A stretch of DNA of 50,546 nt from Ignavibacteria bacterium (GTDB lineage Bacteria > Elusimicrobiota > Endomicrobiia > PHAN01): contig JBGFRZ010000048.1 in assembly GCA_041694835.1 (NCBI GenBank), positions 1-50,546 of the forward strand. The letters run 5' to 3'. Position 1 is the first letter of the stretch, and the number at the start of each line of letters is the position of its first letter. The translations under genes and the position numbers were made by a program. The notes under the pieces are model-generated. The model saw nothing but the letters and a program-made list of their open reading frames with translations, had not been told where the DNA came from and ran no database searches. Below, in pieces: positions 32,901 through 39,705 of the stretch.

Positions 32901-34830
32901 AATGATTGTTCAAGACGGTGGTAGTAATATCCGCACTTTTGTCTGGGACGGAAGCGCATGGTCGACGGGCATAACCCTGCCTTTCGCCACAGAGGGCGCA
33001 GAACAGCGGTGTTTCGACGCTGTTTATGACACGCTTTGGAAAAGATTCATACTGGTTGCTTCCTCCCGCCAAGTGAACGGTGCAGTGCAATGGACAGTCT
33101 GGGATTCCACCTCGTGGGCGACTCCTCAACAATTTACCTTCGGCACCGGTGGCAATCCGCTTACAGCAAACACTGTCCGATGGATACGACTGGCCGCCCA
33201 TCCTTCGACGAACGAGATTTTGCTCGCAGTTGCCGACGGTGATGGAACAGGTCCTAATATCGGAGCAGCCGTCTGGAACGGCGCCTCATGGTCTCAATTA
33301 GCGACTGCCCTGGCGGGAAACTCCGGCGTGGCCGTAGGAAACAGACCTTTTGATGTTGCGTATGAGCAATCATCGGGTAAAGGTGTTATCGCCTTTGGAA
33401 ACAATGATTTTCCTGGAACACCGCGTTATATAACTTATACAACCGCCGGCGGTTGGGGAACTCCCGCATCAGCAAACAGTATAGGTGCAACAAATATTCG
33501 GTGGCTTTCACTGGTGGCTTTAAGTAACGCCAATGATATATTGATGGCCTGTTCTGATTCCGAGACAACACCGGATTTAAATTTGCAAAAATGGAATGCT
33601 TCATCTTGGGATGCAGTTACAGAAATAGAAACAAACACATCAGCGAGAGAAAGTTTTGCTGCTTCTTACAGATGGGACACACATGCCACTTTTGATACAG
33701 TTGCGCCCGGCGCGGTTAGCACCCTTACAGGGATTGTCCTCGGAGATGGCGCCGTGCGACTCACCTGGACAGCACCCGGCGACGACGGATTTAGCGGGGT
33801 CTTAAAATGCGGCTCCCGGTATCTTTTTGTCTATTCTACGGCAACTCCGACCGACTCGGAACTTACATGGCCGTCCACTTATTCCACTCTCATATCCACC
33901 TACGCCGTAAACCCGTCCGACATACAGCAAAGAATAATATCAGGACTCCCCTTTGAAACGACATGGTATTTCCGTCTAAGAACCAGAGACGAAGCGGGCA
34001 ACTGGTCTGCTCTTTCAAACGCCGCAACCGAATTCGTTCTCGTTGCCCCCGGGATGGTTACCGACCTTTCTGCGTCGACCGGATTGCGCGGCCGCACGAT
34101 AGACCTTAATTGGACAGCCCCCGGCGACGACGGTTATATCGGAATGCTTATCGCCGGCGCGAAATTCGCGATACAACGCTCCACCTGGTCTGATGTCGTC
34201 TGGTCAACTTTTTCCGCTGACACCGTTTTAATTTCCACCTCAGGCGTCAATCCCGGCGAAAGACAGTACCACACCCTGACCGCTCTTATTCCCGGCACGA
34301 CATATTTTGTCGCAATCTGGACTTCCGACGAAATCGGCAACTGGTCTATAAGGTCGTCTATAACGCAAGCATGGGCTCAGGTCGTGATTTTGAGTGTTAC
34401 GCTCACTCCCACAACCTACTACGACTTCGGTCTCCAACCAACAGCCATATCCACTAACTCGGCAACTGTTATTACCGTTGAAAACACGGGGAATGTAAAT
34501 GAAATCTATAAAATGCGTTCCACAAATTCCGCCAACTGGTTACTCGGCTCTTCAATCGGCTACGACATATTCGTTCTTCATGCGGCTTATCACGGCAGTC
34601 GTCCCACGGTTGACAATTTCGGCGCAAACGACAACAAAATGACGCTTACAGACAGAACTTCTTCGGCCACGGTCTTTACCATAGACGGTTCTCATACGGC
34701 TTCAAACATAGACCCTTTTGTCAACGACATCCGGAATCTATGGTTCAGGTTTGATACGCCCCTTGCGACATCAACATCTGTTCAGCAGACGATAAACGTA
34801 GTCATAACCGCCGAAGAAGCGTTTCCGTAG
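23986..34830 (+). CDS. Giant (3614 aa) secreted multidomain adhesin-like protein
   Basis: Signal peptide; three IDG..DW (DOMON/CBM9-like) starts; three lamin-tail-like domains (LIADV, VISEI, LINEV); FN3 repeats WTAPGDDG; WNG/WDG propeller-like region; pilin-like C-terminus. Confidence 0.85.
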   Translation: MPQKKLLTIAALVMFVFCCRLSYATTPNTIAIDAALGDWHSNEALGTSSGRQAYFTWDANNFYLGFNRNSTFENTDIVWIYISTVSPTSTWGTFTSVNAGGTHTLPFRAGWVYLRKPNGSYNNLRRWDGTQWLLDQTWTGTAAQDWTNGRIEASIPRSNIGNPSSIRIVIFITNDTNNWVFGISPRENPVDAGSGRVFGLSWYYPNAAAGGVFPNLVRYRYPGVLIADVSPGAGAAGNDYISLYNPNDESIFLSNLQAHHGLPTNFSFRLRTYNGATGTNKTLTVVSTNTVLSRGFTLLASGTPPKTADITFSAGLDTSDDGVVIAYSTTTTFGSDLWTLVDRLGWGAQGIALEGTALANPGTADSFQRKAWTTTASSASMRMDGEDAYAGHFMDTHNNSNDFVTLISSYISFNRLDPREGFLGQSWHIPDNTSDLGGTSMRNPFAAVYKNTVVNVYNGNQFQGSGNPGDQGGLTLYYKSVTDGAWTQISGVYDSVSGNNKYWRANFTNTWTRGTTVQYYLKVDYADSHDPTYLFWMSPNARRCYEMYVASTSPYSFLVLNTTPTVPGLTYPVGGEILMINNPVNISWNNSIDADGDSIKYIVELSTNNGLTWSVLTDTPTASPYGWVPTEGQASNQCFMRIRSSDTFSVSASSQSQVFIISSGNEPPNPPPALAQFGPAWQSWPVGEWKNFQQIRATFTLTDPNGANQVRFNIQFSTAPDFSYNFVSATSAFMSQGTTNYLTALLPDGTWYWRVRCGDDSGASNDWGTYSSMTVVNNRHFGVDNSSPTLPAAPTLSRAHIMSAGLDISWSVAVDTYSGVANYKIYRATYNFASVTGPNVTLVDTISHPTTTKQDSGLSPNTTYFYCLTATDNVGNTSIKTANAEIRTARVAIDGDASDWATATDAPRVGESTTTLVSVGGKTPYYEWIWRDKAGEQRTNSPRDSRNFDLRSFRVTADEEYIYFYTRSDNLTDKDFYHFCVAIDTGGATGLNWLGDDSNSNTNNGAAMGLGNEYGGGAIRAAAILAFRFISPAGTDFRIHIWRYGVTGWDNPVVGGAGNTACWLTTLAGGWIEAKVRRSDIDALGEKRLRIAAAVFDNKLGLIGDVDSSSSTAPGMPPDALDSMSIPSFGRNDERWTMNSWMEDISDSDIDFWAEIRLSSSGLKGNTQPAAPTLSSPENGATVYISTPTLQWSAPSDPDSADGDLVTSYMLEISTASDMSAMYWRTNVSSTVGATQSWTVHEGILLLETYYWRVAARDKSGAVSDFSSIRSFTVNTAKPSFDYVWPVRYSTVPHSGAGGGVNNNYYLTAGNTIQIYLRSYGISPKTITVDGDISDWTGTPAPSIHSRVISDNEWIYTGAKGDTRTDAAVIADVHNVDITEVRVAKDANNLYLLIKSSDITDTTRVHYAVGFDTDGDLTNGLTWIGDNSASPTAVQDNTHGGISLTTGRARVDRQYLLHNAGGVFRVERWGGSNWLNDPANESGLYGTRISAANDVVESSFSLSGLGITSTSTLRIVIMSFVDNPGWANDIDTTKSIGSTPPSDAVDGAWGRYGEAVTFWDREMSDGSIDNCMEVRLGGELASTIADFSFTINNSTSWINIASNVSTPYETKWGNTPGPLFTNAPDSSTGCVVGIRAVDSGGNAVTHLVAFHYWKGGPPDRITNLSSLTGTLPGEIRLSWTAPGDDGYIGNITGGFYRIKWATMTVSDWDAGTWTDWANRFSLEFSTDAVVSSTHARIVTELTEGVTYFFRIWTRDENPNNWSTISIPGATTWVRIDDMAPAAITNLSALHAMDGTGIVTLTWTAPSEDGAFGGAATSYTIKYATWNFTNFWDHPNVSTWTIRVPVPAAPGTTQTLRIISLNNNTTYFFHIRTTDDKGNVSPIDMGPVANCYVQHIVISEIQIDGATALDEFVELYNPLGTAIDLSTWLTRLFRRNSAGTDASMAITWLNSTIPAKGYLLLVATSTAGSYMGSVAPDATYTVATNNMVPDGAIYISTQTTATPVWSGTPGPWGYVAVDLVGYGAQPAGGFEGTAHPQGTIAANRSLERRALAGADPTTPPGLGQGNSWDTNNNAADFVYTTASNPQNSASPREPDTTPPNAVTNLSALTGAANGHIWLNWTAPSDNNANNDASGIWSYDIRYRTDGEVTDGNWSTATQIANEPSPATPGAQQWLLVTGLVQDVTYYFKIRVADNADNNSTLSNSAFTYAQSSGAILINEVAPASSPNFVEFLVTKPGCFRGLQFYGLSTAAGGIIELKTFPTSGVWNIPLPAGTYIVFNLTTGTDETSISAGRINLFHPTATSIVASDNNFIISDSFGLSISGTGEARAYASGAVIDYVVYEDQNTTRATGIISTKGTMIAQGQWSSIVDTAVHEPLAFDAQTSRGITGANSVARSTPTADTNSKADWSYQPVSTGAANLASTAYAGFGVCTALPVVALPNTSIIATFTYTDTTGAGSFAGDNVRHTYTIDISTHWPIPQTHSPGLLGFTTNTFSLPSGYLISIATLPAGGWRIIVPPGDIAGGATRLITYRGQTPTLEQTYTFTTRTDYRGVNVAEVGASSQPVIIVDGTPPGPVTNLSALLTGDLEIRLYWTAPGNNNYIGLLDEGSRFHIASTTVLIDAQNPAFWDGRRENAEIQISTSGINPGVSLSTGPYLLTDGTTYYFRIWTRDRAGNWSTLSNGATIFVRAIPPDPVSVFSAASTNVGTIDLSWNATGSDGSVGDITDGRFAIQRSTWVGVLWDIANAQINFSTNMVAGSAQIFRDFGLEPGATYFYRIWLRDRHVTGWSSLSVGATAVVLRSVDATGAFVVYYDSSTATYRQTPMLRGWMNNYFSSEYAMDLLDGSEPFGDGHWRFVSCPTRNEMLALVNTQKGASRALNAFVHNGSTWTRTLVTAALGSGADFASYDIAYEQLSGRAIVAYRRDATSEGRQVVYQIWNGSSWSSFLTATADFGTGNTIQWLKLYPKSQTNEIIMIVQDGGSNIRTFVWDGSAWSTGITLPFATEGAEQRCFDAVYDTLWKRFILVASSRQVNGAVQWTVWDSTSWATPQQFTFGTGGNPLTANTVRWIRLAAHPSTNEILLAVADGDGTGPNIGAAVWNGASWSQLATALAGNSGVAVGNRPFDVAYEQSSGKGVIAFGNNDFPGTPRYITYTTAGGWGTPASANSIGATNIRWLSLVALSNANDILMACSDSETTPDLNLQKWNASSWDAVTEIETNTSARESFAASYRWDTHATFDTVAPGAVSTLTGIVLGDGAVRLTWTAPGDDGFSGVLKCGSRYLFVYSTATPTDSELTWPSTYSTLISTYAVNPSDIQQRIISGLPFETTWYFRLRTRDEAGNWSALSNAATEFVLVAPGMVTDLSASTGLRGRTIDLNWTAPGDDGYIGMLIAGAKFAIQRSTWSDVVWSTFSADTVLISTSGVNPGERQYHTLTALIPGTTYFVAIWTSDEIGNWSIRSSITQAWAQVVILSVTLTPTTYYDFGLQPTAISTNSATVITVENTGNVNEIYKMRSTNSANWLLGSSIGYDIFVLHAAYHGSRPTVDNFGANDNKMTLTDRTSSATVFTIDGSHTASNIDPFVNDIRNLWFRFDTPLATSTSVQQTINVVITAEEAFP

Positions 34831-35050
34831 TAGCAAGTAGGTAGTATGTAGTAGATAGGGGATTGTAGCTGCCGAGCTTGCTCGGCTATGTAGTCGCTGA
34901 TTTATCAGCGTGGTTGTAGCGGCGAGTATTAAAAGGAAAATTGAAGTTGCAGACCTTGGTCTGCTAACAAATAATTGTAGCTGTACCATTTTACGGTGCA
35001 ATCTAGCGGTGGGATTGCTATCCCGCAAAACTCGGGGACTCGGGGATGGG
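34828..35050 (+). repeat. TAG heptamers followed by a tandem array of different GTAG-REP hairpins
   Basis: TGTAGCTGCCGAGCTTGCTCGGC, TGTAGTCGCTGATTTATCAGCG, TGAAGTTGCAGACCTTGGTCTGC, TGTAGCTGTACC..GGTGC, CTAGCGGTGGGATTGCTATCCCGC. Confidence 0.8.
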
Positions 35051-35076
35051 TCGTTATGAGAAGGTGAGAAAATGAA

Positions 35077-35358
35077 TTATCTTTTGAAAAATAAAAACAA
35101 TACCGTTGTAATTGAAGCAAACTGCCCAATCCAAAATATGAACATCCATTTTATCAATTCGGATTTCATTTGTTCAATCTTGACTTCTAATCGATTTACT
35201 TCTTTTGCCAGATCAGCTTTTGTTGCCACTTTATCAAGTAGAGCGGTATTATTTGTTTCCAGAGCAATCTCTACAGCCGAGGCAATAGTTTTTGCTTCAG
35301 GCTCATCAAACTTCTGTCGGAGCACTTCAAAAATTTTCAGTGTGTCGACGTATGCCAT
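35077..35358 (-). CDS. DUF1640/CCDC90-like coiled-coil membrane protein (93 aa)
   Basis: MAYVDTLKIF..., VATKADL, KSELIKWMFIFWIGQ, C-terminal TM; GGAG RBS. Confidence 0.8.
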   Translation of the reverse strand: MAYVDTLKIFEVLRQKFDEPEAKTIASAVEIALETNNTALLDKVATKADLAKEVNRLEVKIEQMKSELIKWMFIFWIGQFASITTVLFLFFKR

Positions 35359-35383
35359 AAAAAATCTCCAATTGTCCAATGTG

Positions 35384-35412
35384 ATTATACAAAAAATTTT
35401 GAAGTTTGTCAA
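35384..35412 (-). promoter_or_regulatory. Perfect-consensus sigma-70 promoter for the DUF1640-like gene
   Basis: Minus strand reads TTGACA-17 nt-TATAAT. Confidence 0.8.
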
Positions 35413-35815
35413 ATAGAAAATAGTATGTAGTAGGTAGTATGTAGGGAACAGCGAATAGCAAATAGTGGATAGGCAGTAGGCAGTAGGCAATAGTAGCCGC
35501 ACCGCGACATCGTTCTCAATCGGAGTAGAGCCTTCATGCTTGTAAAGGAGAGCATCAAATAGCGGATAGAGATGAGAGATGAGGGGTGAGAGAATAGCGA
35601 ATAGTGGATGGTGGCTGGTGATTGGTGACTGGAGGAAACGAGCCACGAGCCACGAGACACCGCTGCTCTGCTGCCCTGACTTGTGTTCTTGTGCCCTTGT
35701 GCTCCTGCATCCTGTATCGGTTCTGAACTCGTCTCTGTCCTCTGACTTGTGCCTTGTGCTTTGTTGTTCTGATGCTCTGCTGCTCTGACTTGTGCCCTTG
35801 TGCACTTGTGCTCTA
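35413..35815 (-). repeat. Mosaic heptamer element, copy A (inverted)
   Basis: Largely the reverse complement of ~39816-40110. Confidence 0.88.
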
Positions 35816-35833
35816 ATATAAGGAGGAATACTG

Positions 35834-36787
35834 ATGGACACATCTTGCCTTGAATTTCTCAGACGGAAAATTCGAACATTTGTTCGAATTTTTGCTGCGG
35901 TTGTTTTTTTTGCGTTTGCGCCTGAACTTTTTGCCGGCATAAGCACTCCGACCGCTGACATCGTTGTAACAAATCTCAGAATCGGCCAAACGTATAACCT
36001 CACCGAGATAGCCAACATGCCATTTCAAGTGAGAGCAATGGGGATTGAAAGACGCATCAAAATTGAGTTGTTAAAACCGGCGACAAATCAGACAAGACCC
36101 GGCTTTGAACCGATTCCCGATACAATGTGGCTCAATCTTCCGCGAACCGACTTTTTATTGCTTCCGGGCGAAACGGGAACAACCGACATAATACTCCAAA
36201 TCCCGAGTGACGAGTCGCTTCTTGGCAAAAAATTCGAAGTATTTATATGGGCCCGCACCGTGCCTAAAGACCCAACCGAAGCCGGAGCCATAGGTTTTGG
36301 CCTTGGCGTGCGGGGTTCGCTTCGTTTCACCATAGCTCCAAGACCGCCCACAAAAGAAGAACTTGAAAAATTCGCCAAATCAAGGTTTAAGGCAATCAAT
36401 CTCAGTTTGCTACCCAACGACCTTTTTGTTGATGACATCCCGCTCGGAAGAAGAGTGGATGTTGAAAGACAGACCGGCAAGTTTCTGCGCATCGTAAATG
36501 TCGCCGAAGAGCCCATCAAAATAAAATTAAAATGCGTGCCATCCACCGAGACAGGTCTTGTAATTCCTGAAGGATGGGAAGCTGAGCCGAACACGACGTA
36601 TCTGCGATTCCCGCAGGAAACGCTCACAATCAGACCGCTTGAAGTTAGAAAAATAAATTTCTCTCTGAATTTTCCAGGAGACGAAAAATACAGAAACAAA
36701 AAATATCTATTTATAGTCGAAGCCGCCATAGAGGGAGAACTCGTAAGAACCACGTACAGGTCAAAGGTTTGGGCAACTATTAAGTAG
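35834..36787 (+). CDS. Exported two-domain beta-sandwich protein, chaperone-like (DUF916/PapD-like); paralog of 39702
   Basis: Signal peptide; YNLTEIAN, EPIPDT.W, LLPGE, IP.DE..LGKK shared with 39702. Function inferred. Confidence 0.6.
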   Translation: MDTSCLEFLRRKIRTFVRIFAAVVFFAFAPELFAGISTPTADIVVTNLRIGQTYNLTEIANMPFQVRAMGIERRIKIELLKPATNQTRPGFEPIPDTMWLNLPRTDFLLLPGETGTTDIILQIPSDESLLGKKFEVFIWARTVPKDPTEAGAIGFGLGVRGSLRFTIAPRPPTKEELEKFAKSRFKAINLSLLPNDLFVDDIPLGRRVDVERQTGKFLRIVNVAEEPIKIKLKCVPSTETGLVIPEGWEAEPNTTYLRFPQETLTIRPLEVRKINFSLNFPGDEKYRNKKYLFIVEAAIEGELVRTTYRSKVWATIK

Positions 36788-36806
36788 AGCACAAGAGCAC
36801 AAGGTT

Positions 36807-37160
36807 ATGGAAGGGAAAGGGTATAGAAAATTACTTGTTTGGCAAAAGGCAGATGAGTTGGCAGTGGAAGTTTACATCATTACGAAAAAATTTCCGAGGG
36901 ATGAAATATATGGCATAACATCGCAATTGAGAAGAGCAACATTGTCAATTCCCACAAACATTGTGGAAGGTTACGGTAGACAGAGTAGAAACGAGTTAAG
37001 ACAGTTCATCAATATCGCCTTGGGTTCATTAGCGGAGACGGAATATCTTTTGGATTTTTCTTTAAGATTAAAGTACCTTACGATTGGGGAACATGCTAAA
37101 TTGTATAGTTTACATACGGAAGTCGGAAAAATATTATGGAAGTTCTACAAATCCTTATGA
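36807..37160 (+). CDS. Four-helix-bundle protein (23S rRNA IVP/Avd-like)
   Basis: LLVWQKA, FPRDEIYGITSQLRRA..SIPTNIVEG, IALGSLAE. Confidence 0.92.
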   Translation: MEGKGYRKLLVWQKADELAVEVYIITKKFPRDEIYGITSQLRRATLSIPTNIVEGYGRQSRNELRQFINIALGSLAETEYLLDFSLRLKYLTIGEHAKLYSLHTEVGKILWKFYKSL

Positions 37161-37214
37161 CTTATGCACTTAAGCACTTGCGTTCTTGTGCTCTTGTGCT
37201 CTATTAAAAAACCC

Positions 37215-37293
37215 TTGACTTTTGATTAAAAATTTGCTATATATGTAGTAGAAATAAGAAGTATACAGCATAATTTAACATCTTAATACTTCT
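37215..37293 (+). promoter_or_regulatory. Putative sigma-70 promoter with downstream inverted repeat
   Basis: TTGACT-17-TATATA with TGn; AGAAGTAT...ATACTTCT. Confidence 0.65.
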
Positions 37294-37458
37294 CAAAAAA
37301 CGATGTCGGTGGCCCGCCGAAAAGGGCAGGAGGTGAGAAAAGTTATGAACAAAAAAATAGAGAAAGAAACAAGAGCACAAGGCACAAGGCACAAGAGCGC
37401 AGGTTTTAACTTGTGCACTTACGCACTTACATCTTGTGCACTAATAAAAGGAGGTTTT

Positions 37459-38115
37459 ATGAAAAAGTTAGTTGGTTTGTTTCTATCCGTCGCATTAGCG
37501 ACGGTTTTGTTTGTCGGGGTGTCTGAGGCAGCAAACCCTGACACTTTTGTCATTAATGTTACCTGCCAAAGAGAATTGTCAGTCAATGTTACAACAGGCA
37601 CCGCAGCAGGTGAGATGAATAACTTTTATACGGCGACAATCTCGTCTTCTAACATCGCAACCAACGCAAGCATAGTCATCTCTACACCGCTCGCCGTCTG
37701 GAACAACTCTCCGATATCCGCCGCGTCGATTCAGAATTACTCGTTGCAGGCAACCGCCGGAAACACAGGGCTTATTGACGACGCCATCGCGTGGAACGCG
37801 ACGACCGGCTCGGGCCAGGCGGACAGGTGGGTCCTCGCCGCCGTTTTTACCAATAATACGACATGGAATCCGCCGACCTCGGAGTTTTCGGCCGACACCA
37901 CCGACGTGATAACAAAGGGCTCAGCAAAGAGCTGGGTCGCTGCTGGAGGGGCACACAGCCCCGCCACAGCTGGCAACAGGCATGCTAACGAAACGGCTCA
38001 TCGGAGGAACACCGCCGCGGCGGACTTGCTTCTCTGGATAGGCGTCGGCTCACCGTCGGCAACGTCGTTGACTGGGCAGAGCGCGACCTTCACGATTACG
38101 GTGACCGCGATATAA
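37459..38115 (+). CDS. Exported pilin-like protein (candidate major subunit)
   Basis: AAAGGAGG RBS, signal peptide, Thr/Ala/Ser/Asn-rich beta protein ending LWIGVGSP...FTITVTAI. Confidence 0.65.
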   Translation: MKKLVGLFLSVALATVLFVGVSEAANPDTFVINVTCQRELSVNVTTGTAAGEMNNFYTATISSSNIATNASIVISTPLAVWNNSPISAASIQNYSLQATAGNTGLIDDAIAWNATTGSGQADRWVLAAVFTNNTTWNPPTSEFSADTTDVITKGSAKSWVAAGGAHSPATAGNRHANETAHRRNTAAADLLLWIGVGSPSATSLTGQSATFTITVTAI

Positions 38116-38137
38116 TTGGCACACAAAAGCACAACAT

Positions 38138-38292
38138 TGTAGCGCCCCGTTTTACAGGGGACTTTCCGCTTTAATGTAGCGGCGAAATTGCATTTCGCAA
38201 ATCTTTAATGTAGCGGTGCGATTGCCATCGCACAAATCGTCGCATAGCAATGCGACCGCAACAATGTCGCATAGCAATGCAACCGCAACAAT
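38138..38292. repeat. GTAG-REP cluster
   Basis: Three TGTAGCG-hairpins followed by two inverted units; part repeated at ~39497-39580. Confidence 0.8.
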
Positions 38293-38519
38293 CTGATAAC
38301 CACTAATCGGTGAACGATAAACGATGAACGATTGTTGGTCTTTCCTATCCCGATTTTATGTCGGGAGTGGATGGTCTAATAGTTCCGCCGTCGTTAAGTA
38401 TAGTTTTAATAAACGCGGCTATTCGCCGCATTAAAACTATAACTTCGGTGGACAGGCCGAAATTTTGAAGTAAAATTATCCCCGTAGAGGTAGACTTCTG
38501 TGTCCGCCAAAATAGGCGA

Positions 38520-38675
38520 GAAGTCAGGGGTCAGAAGTCAGAAGACAGAGGACAGAGGACAGAGGTTAGAGGTTAGAGGCGAGGGACGAGAGGTTAGGGA
38601 ATGGAAATTTTTATTCAATTCCTTGTCCCCTATCCTCTATTCTCTATACGCTATTCTCTCATCTCTCATCTCTGA
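38520..38675. repeat. Heptamer-repeat hairpin
   Basis: CAGAGGA/TAGAGGT units, a spacer, then CTATTCT/CTCATCT units. Confidence 0.8.
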
Positions 38676-38784
38676 CCAAAGACGGCTGATTTCCGCGGAA
38701 AAATTATTGGCGCTCCGACGGAAGTTGGAGCTTTCTTTTACAACACCTGCCGCTCAATCGGCGACTACATCTTATATAAATTAT

Positions 38785-38815
38785 GCCCCTAACACAATAG
38801 GGGCTTTTTTGTTTT
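38785..38815 (+). terminator. Putative intrinsic terminator
   Basis: GCCCCTA-ACACAA-TAGGGGC followed by TTTTTTGTTTT. Confidence 0.65.
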
Positions 38816-38967
38816 ATAGAGATAAACAATTTGGACGCAGATTTTCGCAGATAGGTATAGATAAAATGTTAAAGAATCTGCGTACATCGGCCTTTATCTG
38901 CGTTCGATTATTTAATATATCCATGAGCGGCATGTCGCCGTTCGGGGATTTTTTATTTTATGCATTA

Positions 38968-39111
38968 GAGCACAAGGGCACAAGAACACAAGTCAGGGCA
39001 GCAGAGCAGCGGTGTCTCGTGGCTCGTGGCTCGTTTCCTCCAGTCACCAGTCACCAGCCACCATCCACTATTCGCTATTCTCTCACCTCTCACCCCTCAT
39101 CTCTCATCTCT
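38968..39111 (+). repeat. Mosaic heptamer element, copy B (partial)
   Basis: Matches the core of copies A, C and D. Confidence 0.88.
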
Positions 39112-39129
39112 GAATTAAACAATTCTGCC

Positions 39130-39441
39130 GGCGGGCACAACTGTCTATACTCTACGGGGAGTTATGGAGTTTGTTCGCCGGCTTTTGATTTCGCCCCGTT
39201 AGAAGTAATCCCGACTGGTCGTGATGCCGATGCCTTTGGTATCGGACCTCTAACGGGGTTTAGGGCAGACACGTTGTTTACCTCTACGGGGAGTGTCAAA
39301 CAAAACGGTCTGCCCAAATTTTTTGGCAGGACGCAGAATATACCTCTACGGGGAGCGTATTTCATAAGTCGTCCTGCCTTTCAATTTTATGGGGCGGATA
39401 CGGAAGTCGACCTCTACGGGGAGTGTTGTGCCTGTCCGCCC
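39130..39441 (+). repeat. Four tandem hairpins centred on CTCTACGGGGAG
   Basis: Core at 39150, 39282, 39344, 39412; fifth copy near 47213; partial inverted copy ~38480-38507. Confidence 0.85.
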
Positions 39442-39579
39442 TATAATAATGTAGTCGCACCGCCTTGCGGTGATTGTAGTTGCCAATTGAGCGGCGATGT
39501 AGCGGTGCGATTGCCATCGCACAAATCGTCGCATAGCAATGCGATCGCAACAATGTCGCATAGCGATGCGACCGCTACA

Positions 39580-39705
39580 ATTTGGCAATGGAATTATTAC
39601 GAACACGTAATCCGCAATGAAAAGGCATTGTCAAAAATTAGAAATTACATTCAAAACACTCCGGAAAAAGAAAAGTATGATTGGAATAAATTGGAGGCAT
39701 TATGA
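39580..39705 (+). pseudogene. C-terminal remnant of a REP-associated tyrosine transposase (RAYT, Y1/IS200-like)
   Basis: IWQWNYYEHVIRNEKALSKIRNYIQNTP matches the WQ.NYYEH.IR...YI..NP motif; no HUH N-terminus; abuts REPs. Confidence 0.8.

Noticed and set aside
35359-36018. Long N-terminal extension of the DUF1640-like ORF
   Set aside because: It runs through the gene's own promoter and repeat copy A and overlaps gene 35834 antisense; an RBS supports the start at 35358.
24321-36792. Antisense ORFs over the giant gene and 35834 (e.g. 26913-27530, 28203-28910, 36088-36792)
   Set aside because: Shadow ORFs of real genes with no recognisable motifs.
37300-37345. c-di-GMP riboswitch upstream of pilin-like 1
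   Set aside because: Only a short GC hairpin with GAAA; the remaining consensus elements were not found.
39130-39441. CRISPR array
   Set aside because: The conserved core is only ~12 bp, the intervening sequences are self-complementary arms, and no cas genes are in the window.
38500-39579. 401-aa ORF 38500-39705 as a real gene
   Set aside because: It is a read-through of stop-poor repeats; only the last ~40 codons have recognisable (RAYT) similarity.
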